A stretch of 54,530 nucleotides of DNA, the filler included, from Sphacelaria rigidula (lineage: Eukaryota): assembly GCA_964200075.2 (NCBI GenBank). It is 5 parts of 5 records of this genome, joined end to end, with 100 filler letters (N's around TTAATTAATTAA, not from the genome) between each part and the next. Parts side by side here need not be neighbours in the genome. Positions count along the whole stretch, not along the records: positions 43,706 to 54,530 come from CAXNAA020005849.1; 4 more parts are not named here. The stretch is one strand, 5' to 3'. Below, piece by piece: positions 46,990 through 54,530 of the stretch. Made by a program: the position numbers and the translations under genes. The notes below the pieces were generated by a model, which saw only the letters and a list, made by a program, of their open reading frames with translations, had not been told where the DNA came from and did not search any database. Every line of letters starts with the position of its first letter. Positions within the stretch are counted from its first letter, which is position 1.

Positions 46990-47462
46990 GCAGGGTGGAT
47001 ATACTCATGCTCTTGCATGCCGTAGTCATACAACAGTTGACCGTTCATCTCTACAAAGCCGAGACGGAGCACGCCCGGTTATCGACGGACCAGGCTCGCA
47101 ACCAGTCACCAAGCGCGAAGCACCGTCATGTGTTCGGCGAGTCGCATGAAGGGTGAGCTGCATCCTGCTGAGATTGTTCTACCCGAAACGTACTGACCAT
47201 CTTGCGTATGGATGACAGCCTCCAAGGAGTTGCTCCATTTTCTGATATCGCCACTTCCAGAGACAGCCACGGCTTACACATTGCCTCATGGGGGTCTCAC
47301 CATATACCCACGAAATTGAGGTTCTCCTACCCCGCACAATATGATCCAGCTCGACCATCATCATGGTTACCGCAGTAAAAAACGTTATCCTGGTTGCCTA
47401 GCTCACGCAGTAAGTGGCGTGTTTTACAGCATCGTTGCCAACCGCCAACACCATGAGGGAGA
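46990..47462 (-). mobile_element. Copy of the ~510-bp element
   Basis: Reverse-complement match to 4470-4985; its 5' end lies at about the same position. Confidence 0.8.
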
Positions 47463-47535
47463 TGGGGGGCTAAAATGGAAAAGGGAGGACTGAAAACACT
47501 GAATACACTGAAAAACGAAAAGCGGAACACACACA

Positions 47536-47673
47536 ACACCCTGGACAACTAGATTTCATAGTCCAGAGGTGTACTACATACAGTATCGAAAAAAAAATCC
47601 GTTGTAATAGACGCAATACTTGATACCGTGCACAGCACAGTTCTTAAAAGTGTTTTCCAATGTCCAGGGTGTG
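47536..47673. mobile_element. MITE, CACACCCTGGACAA family
   Basis: ACACCCTGGACAA ... TGTCCAGGGTGT termini. Confidence 0.7.
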
Positions 47674-49920
47674 GAACCGACACAAAAAAAAAAGAAGACA
47701 AAAGCTTGTGCGAGAATGTAAACGCGTCTGTGCGAAAAAAAATGCCAAAATTTGCTGCGCACTGCATTGCCAGGCAAGGCTTTCCATCGCCCTCACCGGC
47801 CGCCTGTAGCAACCTTCATCGCGCAGCTCTTGCAGAACGCGAGGCACCCGCAGGGTATGCACTGGTATTCCGTCTCGCGTACTTTACACGCCAAGCACGA
47901 GTTCGAATCGTCCAAGCCTGTTTTTTGTTTTCCGCCGTTTTCGTGGGGGGGGGGAAGGGGGGTTGTTCGGAAGGCGGGCGGGCGGGGGGATGATGATTGA
48001 TTCGGTGATTATCACAGTAACTGATGTGCTGCAGATGTAGCGAAGGTAACAGGACTGACATAGTAGAGGTAAAACTGCACGGAAAGACGCGCTAAAAGGA
48101 ACTCGACAAAGGCGAAATAAAAAGATATACGAAGTAGGCGGAGTAACCTGAACAAAAAAAAAAAGAAGAAGCACATATGCTCAAAAACAATGAAACGATA
48201 TATTTTTCGAGATTTCATGTTTGATAACCACGTTATATATTTGTTTGTTCCCACAATTTGTGCGACGTTCTTGGACACATGGAGCTCGCCCAAATACGAT
48301 GAAAAAAATCACAACAGGAAGCAAGGCAGAATATCCACAACACACAAGAGTAAGGACACAATGATGGGGGTGAGATTGCGACATTCGACAGGTTCATGTG
48401 ACTGAACGGCAAAAATTGGAAACGAACGGTGCACGGATGAGCCGGACATTGAAACTCACCGTGTGATATCATTCTCATGATCATAATACGTGAGTCAATG
48501 CTCAATGCTTCCATCAGTGTACCCATCTATGCTCCCCTTCCTCTCATTGCTGTACGTTGCCGCCTCAGCCTACGTTGTATACCACCCTCTTGGAAAAAAT
48601 ATCCGGGTCTCGTCTATATTGGCACGAAACCGGTAAAGTGCAGTAATATACGGTGTATAGAATATCATTTTTGTCTTCATATTTACCCTTTTTCGAGGTT
48701 TCTTCACGTCATGTTTTCATTGGGTGCATCTACCCTGTAACCTCGGTCAGATGCCTAGTGGTTTATGCATCACTTCGTGTGCGAGAAATCGATAATCAAA
48801 CCAATTAATCAATCGACCAAGACCCGTACGTTGAATGTCACCCTCTGCACAACACCCGGGGGGCGGCGAGTTTTGAGTGATGTTCAGCCCTATATGTTTG
48901 CATCTGTACGTGGACCCACATCACGTACGGCCACGTCTAGAAAGGAGATGTACTCATGTACTCAGTACCTTATAAAATCCCATCATACTTACATTCAGAG
49001 ACTGCCTTACACTAGATGCTAACGCTCACGAAAGCGGTGTACTGTACCCGCAAGAGTCATGCCATCCTTCATCAGGTCTAATACTGCATACCACTATGTC
49101 CCATAATATAAGGTCGGCTCCAGTTGAGTGTGTTGCGAATGGTTTGAAACTGCCACCCTTCGTGACAATGCTTTTGCAACAAATATAAGGCGGCCTGACG
49201 CCAAAGTTTCACCTGGAACGCGGGGATGGTTCGTGTCTTCCCCCCCCCCCCCCCCGAGGGATATTCGAGGACGGCAGAGATTTCTCCAGTAAGGAAATAT
49301 GGTATTTTTCAAAACGCTCTTACGGGGCCAAGAAGTACTCTCTTGGCACATTTTTTTGTTTTTTGTTTCTCGTCTCTCTGGCCTTCTACACGAATGCCTA
49401 TTTTGTATATCAGCAATGGTATCGGTGCACACCGAGTGAATTATCCAAAACTGAAAAAGTCTGTCCGACCTTCAGGCACGAGGGAACTTGAAAGAAAGAA
49501 AAAAGAAAAAAAAAATCAGATATGTCGGGAAATAAACGTGGCCGTTGCGGGGCTCGAATCCGCGTCCAAAAATTCGACCTGGGAGTGGAGATATCCTGTT
49601 TTTGTCCATATCGACCTTATATTATGGGACAAAGTGGTATCTCCCTCCTGTACATGGTGTACCACCCCCCAAAATCACCTACGGGTGACGACACTTTGGG
49701 ACACAAGTTTACACCATCGCATATGCGGGTTGCAAACCATAACCGCCTGGCGTAGTTGTCCCAAGGGTGTACAAGACGCAAGCGCCATCATTACAACAAC
49801 AGCAAGTACCGACATTACTAGTAATAACACCGCGGCTATAACTACTGCTAACAGTACGACTAACACTACTACTTCTACAGTACCTCCTCACCCTGAAAAA
49901 CACACCCAATACACACTCAC

Positions 49921-50134
49921 TTATGCTGTTCCGTGCCGATCCCCCCCCGGCCTTTTTGGTGCATGACAAAGCGAGCAGGTTGAATTCCTTCCCCACGCCA
50001 AAAGCCCCCTTCTCCCCGTCCTCCTTCCTGAAAGGTAAACGATCTACGGTCGTGTTCTCGAGCACCCCTGTGCTCGCGCACCAGCCAAGGAGATCCGTCT
50101 CTCGCAACCCGTGGTGTTCCAGTTGGTTCCCGAT
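49921..50134 (-). CDS. C-terminal exon of the same methyltransferase
   Basis: GGCAG acceptor, phase 0; EHHGLRETDLLGW..KEFNLLALSCTK; 3' boundary tentative (AA|GTGAGT after a G-run). Confidence 0.68.
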
Positions 50135-50661
50135 CTGCCCATGGTCATTTTCCAGCCACAAAATCACATGTAATGAGCAAGGGGGGACAACACTCCTAGC
50201 ATTTTCTCAACGAAAACGTACGATATCCACTTCGGAAACACGAGTTGACCGCGCGAGTCAGCAAGATCGAGTGGATGTGTTGAGTGAAAAAACCAATGTT
50301 TTCTGTAGGGCACACTTGGAGGTGAGGGATTTTTGTTTGGTACACCTTCATCCATGTCTCCGTCTTTTATGTCGTTTTGTTCGACTTTTTCTTGAGCGAG
50401 TGTTTTAGTTTTGCTTTCCTTAGGTACGTCCATAATGTGACCACGTCTGGACCCTTGGAGGGTCAGTTCAAGTGCGACAATCAAATAATTAAACATATCA
50501 ACACTACCGGGCAGAGATGAGTTGATCCCTCGAGACTACGGACGATGATGATGATAATTAACACTAAAAACACCGATAAGGCGGCTGAGTACCTTCCTCA
50601 AGACCGTGCCGCACCCTGCAGGGAGGGTGTCGGGAAAAATTACTAGCTTTCAGCGTAATTA

Positions 50662-51116
50662 TGGGTTCGAATCTCGGTGCAGTCTCACGGTCTGGGATTT
50701 TTTCTCAGACCATGCCCACCAGTGGAGAGCGACAATGCCGTGAGTACACACAACTCCGACTCGACGGTCGACGAGGGAAAGGGACCGCTGGGCCCATCTC
50801 GTGATAAAAAATAAAGGCAAGCACCGCAGAAGAAAGGTGGAGTACTTCATTGTCATATATTATTATATTCGTCACATTAGCTCGATATCTCGAACACGTG
50901 GTCACAGAATGCAAGGAGCATACCACCCATACCCGGAACTCAAACAGCCCGCAGAGGAAGGTGAGAAACAAAACATCTACACGAAGGAGTACTAAAACAT
51001 TAAAAAAAAAAACCTGTGCTGGCCTTTCTCCTGTGTGACCCCGGCTGATGCGTCCACATATACCGAAAGGTGTAGACTGGCGTCCAGAATAGATGGGATG
51101 ACAACACAACAACACA
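50662..51116 (+). mobile_element. tRNA-derived SINE (same family; head eroded, extra internal sequence)
   Basis: B box GGTTCGAATC, body GGGAAAGGGAC..AAGGCAAGCACCGCAGAAG..CATATACCGAAAGGTGTA..GGCGTCCAGAAT, (CAA/CA) tail. Confidence 0.78.
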
Positions 51117-51377
51117 GTCGGGGGTATTGATTCGTACCCTACGAGTCAATCGTTGAGCTGGCTTTGCTTTCGGCGTTGCACCCCTAGGTACGCCCACCCA
51201 GGCACGTGAAACAGGAAATAATATGGGTCAGGAGTTTTGTGGCCCGCGGTCATCATTTTTTCTCTCGTTTGAGCAATCAGGCCTCAGAAATCTTAGATCC
51301 GGTGATTCGAACCAGCCATGATTCATCCGAAAGATCAATTCACGGGCGAAAACCGATCAATGGAACCACTAAATTAC

Positions 51378-51578
51378 CTCAAACTCTGGCGGATGGAACT
51401 GGTGAGAATCATCGTTGGCTTCAAGGTCGAACACCACCAGCCGCCCTCCCGGCCGCAGGTACCCCGCCAGGGTCGATACAGCGCGCTCGCAGTCGCGGAT
51501 GTGGTGCAATGTGAGGCTGGTGTAGATCAGAGCGAACGACTCGTCCGCGCCCTCGCCAAGCTGCCCCGGACCCGTCAG
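51378..51578 (-). CDS. Exon of class I SAM-dependent methyltransferase
   Basis: AACAG / GAG|GTAATT, 201 bp; ESFALIYTSLTLHHIRD..LRPGGRLVVFDLE (post-motif II and motif III). Confidence 0.85.
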
Positions 51579-51765
51579 CTGTTGTTGAGGGATTATTTTT
51601 TTCATCGGTTTCGCGCACGTAAAAGGTGCGAGCGGTGCGGTGATAGATTTTCATTAGGTGGAAAGAAACGGTCGGGAAATGGACGAGTGGCTGGGGGGAG
51701 ATCGAGAATTACCTCAGAGACCTGAGACCTTTCAACACATGAAAAAACAGCGTTGACATTGCTCA

Positions 51766-52818
51766 GGCCGACTCTAATCGGAGCCGTCCAGTATTATATT
51801 TTTCGAAAATTTCAAACGCGTTTTTTTTTCCCGCCATAACTCTGAACGGGGACCAAAACACAGTATTATGGCATGAAGTTGGAAGTGCACATATATATTT
51901 CAGTTAGCGTTGCCTAGGAGTTGTGCACCTGTACAACAGCACCCAAAGAAGACATGACGGCTGCACAGCTATCTAATGACTTCTTCAACCTTGTGTGTCA
52001 ACAGCACTTTGTTCCCGCCCATCTGTACAGACCAGACCAGTGGCGGTTCAGTATCTCGGGCGATCTCCCGCTTAGATCAAAGCGTTTTCATAGGATTCAA
52101 ACGCACTACAGTAAGTAGAACGACAACTACAGCATGGCAATGATGGACATGAGCACAAATTGCGTCGTTGGTTTCATAAACGACACAAGGCATCCAACAC
52201 ACCATGATCGTGGCGCTTTCGGCAGTGTCTTAGACTCGGGTACTAAGCGGGACACAACAACAGTACTGCAGTTCAGGCAATCCTCAGCGCAGATCAAACC
52301 GTCTTCGCAAGGCACCACGCTACCTGTCAGCTACAGGACAGGAATGCTGGCTCTGCGCACCAAGGACCTTGTTTGTTGCGAAAGACACAACATCCAACAA
52401 ACACATACTGTAGAGCATTTTTGACTTCGACAAGACAGCACTTGTTCGTAATACAAAAGCAGTACAGCAGCTAAGGTAACTCCAGCAGAGACCAGAAAGT
52501 TTCGGCAACATCCAAACACACGACTGTGCAGTGACAGGCGCAGCACATGAGAGACCCAGTCTACGTGTGCTGTATAACAGTAAATTAAAAACATGGTATG
52601 TCCCATGTTACTACTTGTGACAAATTCCAAACAGGTTCTCAAGCGTTCAGAATCGTCCCCCAATTCTGAGCGGTTGGTCGGAATTTAGCAATTTTCTTGG
52701 GTCCGTTCAGAATTTTGGGGGGCTAAATTTTGACGATTTTTTTCCCCATAATAGTCGTTTTTGTGATCACCCGTGAAAAACTGTTGAAAAATCTCAACAG
52801 CTCACATTAGAGTCGGTC
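51766..52818. mobile_element. ~1.05-kb non-autonomous TIR element, PIF/Harbinger-like
   Basis: GGCCGACTCTAATCGGAGCCGT vs reverse complement GACCGACTCTAATGTGAGCTGT; flanks TCA/TTA. Confidence 0.6.
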
Positions 52819-54451
52819 TTAGCAGAGAAATTGACAAAGCTTCAGGCAAGGAGCCATCACTTCAGCCAATTTTCATAATATCATGGAGGTGAGCTCAGGT
52901 GTCAAAAACAGTGCTAGACCCTCTGAGTAACTCATGACAAGCCCATCATCAATAAGGGGGGGGGGCGACACAGCTACATTCATCATGCCGAACATTTTAG
53001 AGAAACGGGCCCGTCGTTCGGTGATACCAACTTCCGCAGAATACACCGAACTGAACGTCATGGAGAAACGAGCCCAGTCAAAAATGACCTCATCACTCGG
53101 TCATTATCCAAAACATTACGCCGAAATGAGCAGGTTAACCCTTTGACCGCGAGGGTTGGTCACCTGCTGAATCGGCATCAATTTCACTTGAAAAAATCAT
53201 GCGTGATCCAGACGGACTACTCGCATCGCGGCCTGCAGGGTTACCGGTTCACATGTCCCCATCCGTTCATTGCGCCGAAAAATGTAAGGAGGACGATCGA
53301 TCGGAATGCCTCATCCCATCCCGCTATCGCACAAATGATCATTCATCACAACTCGTCATTGAACAGACACTCCCTGCACGACCATGTACATGTGAACATA
53401 CAGCACGCTGTACTTACATTTGCAACGCATCTTGTACGATGAAATGAGTCGTAAGCGCTGACGTGGCCTCTTTCAAGGAAATTAAATAAAATAGCAATCA
53501 TAATGATAAAAATAAGACATGTTAGCGCGATCACTGTTCCCATACGACTGCTGTTATGTCGAAACTGTGAGACGGCAGCGTCTGTGGCCCCGCCATGTTT
53601 GCACGATCAACCAGTAGTATACCACTTGGTCGGTTAGAACCTTCCCGGAATTTTCTTTTTTGATGTGAGTGTAAACGCCGAAATTCGTATCTTTAGTGAG
53701 GCTGACAGCCCCAACTGCTCCTCGTGTGCGCAGAGCGCGTTTTCGTCAAAACCGCCGCCGGCGGCTCCGTTTCGAGATTTACCACCCACACCTTGCCCAG
53801 CGAACGCTTCGCATCCCTCTCGCCCGAGTTCTTGGTATGCCTTGAGTTGCGGTTAGGGTTAGCGTTATTCTAAAACATATGTTCATGAGGAATTTCTCCA
53901 CCGACCAAGCGGTGAATACACCTCCGATTAACTGACTACGGGATGGACTCCACTGTGGTGCTGTGATGTCTGTGATACGCGCGTGTGCATGGCAACGGCG
54001 TCTCTATGTGGATGTTGAGTCTCCACTTGAACAAAACAAGTTACTCCGAACCGCCCTCTGAAAAAAAACGGGAGTAGGACGGTGGGTGCTCAAGGATTTC
54101 ATTCAACGATACAAGAAGTAGAATAGTTTGGCATCTGATCCCCAGAATCATTATCGGAGCCATTCCACCCGACACCGTTATCTCGTTGTCCGCACATGAT
54201 CAAATGACGATGTAAGGAATTTATTCATGGGAACATGACCACAGATTTTTACACTTCGTATTTATAACGCTATGATACCATTACTGGGCCTGCGGGATGG
54301 GTTGGTGGTAGGGTTGGGCTCGGGGCTAGCACTAGGGCCAGGGTCAAGATTAGACAAAAACACGTTTGTCAACCATGAATTTTGGCGACTGGTTGGAGAA
54401 AACGGACGTCAGGATGAGTGCCCCGTTTGGGCAAAGAAGCTGACGTTGGGG

Positions 54452-54520
54452 GGGGGGGGCGTACTCATTTGTTGCTTGCCTTAGTCGTGTGACCATTGAC
54501 CACGCATCCCTTTCGAGACG
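54452..54520 (-). mobile_element. Poly(C)-tailed retroposon copy with TSD
   Basis: Reverse complement of the same body; GACGTTGGGG at 54442-54451 and 54521-54530. Confidence 0.85.
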
Positions 54521-54530
54521 GACGTTGGGG

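Noticed and set aside
53690-53845. GC-rich segment as an upstream methyltransferase exon
   Set aside because: Open in several frames on both strands, with no motif I and no decisive splice pair; left unassigned
53850-53870. Telomeric TTAGGG repeat
   Set aside because: Fewer than two perfect units
1-54530. Functional cluster linking the GNAT, SAM, CXXC and methyltransferase genes
   Set aside because: Each lies on a separate, artificially joined contig

Overview
Eukaryotic, intron-rich, repeat-dense DNA. It is most consistent with a brown alga (Phaeophyceae); this is an inference from the RTE/Gypsy peptides, the exon-intron style and the repeat content. The window is not one locus. It is five contigs of 10,828, ~10,827, 10,825, 10,825 and 10,825 bp joined by identical 100-bp N44-TTAATTAATTAA-N44 linkers, so adjacency across linkers is meaningless. 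Contig 1 (1-10828): one exon of a FemAB-like/DUF482 GNAT gene among MITEs, retroposon tails and an 81-83-bp tandem array. Contig 2 (10929-21755): a decayed 5'-truncated RTE LINE (+) tail-to-tail with a decayed Ty3/Gypsy element (-) interrupted by two unrelated 257-bp MITEs with 4-bp TSDs. Contig 3 (21856-32680): a SAM-domain gene (+) and a putative divergent multi-exon gene of unknown function (-). Contig 4 (32781-43605): seven phase-compatible exons of a chromatin protein combining a CFP1-like zf-CXXC finger with WHIM2/WHIM3 (WSD) motifs. Contig 5 (43706-54530): two exons of a class I SAM-dependent methyltransferase (-), tRNA-derived SINEs and MITEs. The most unusual signal is a short retroposon family that ends in poly(C) rather than poly(A). 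Four of its copies are flanked by 10-18-bp target-site duplications that all begin in a C-run. All calls were read by eye; no database searches were run.
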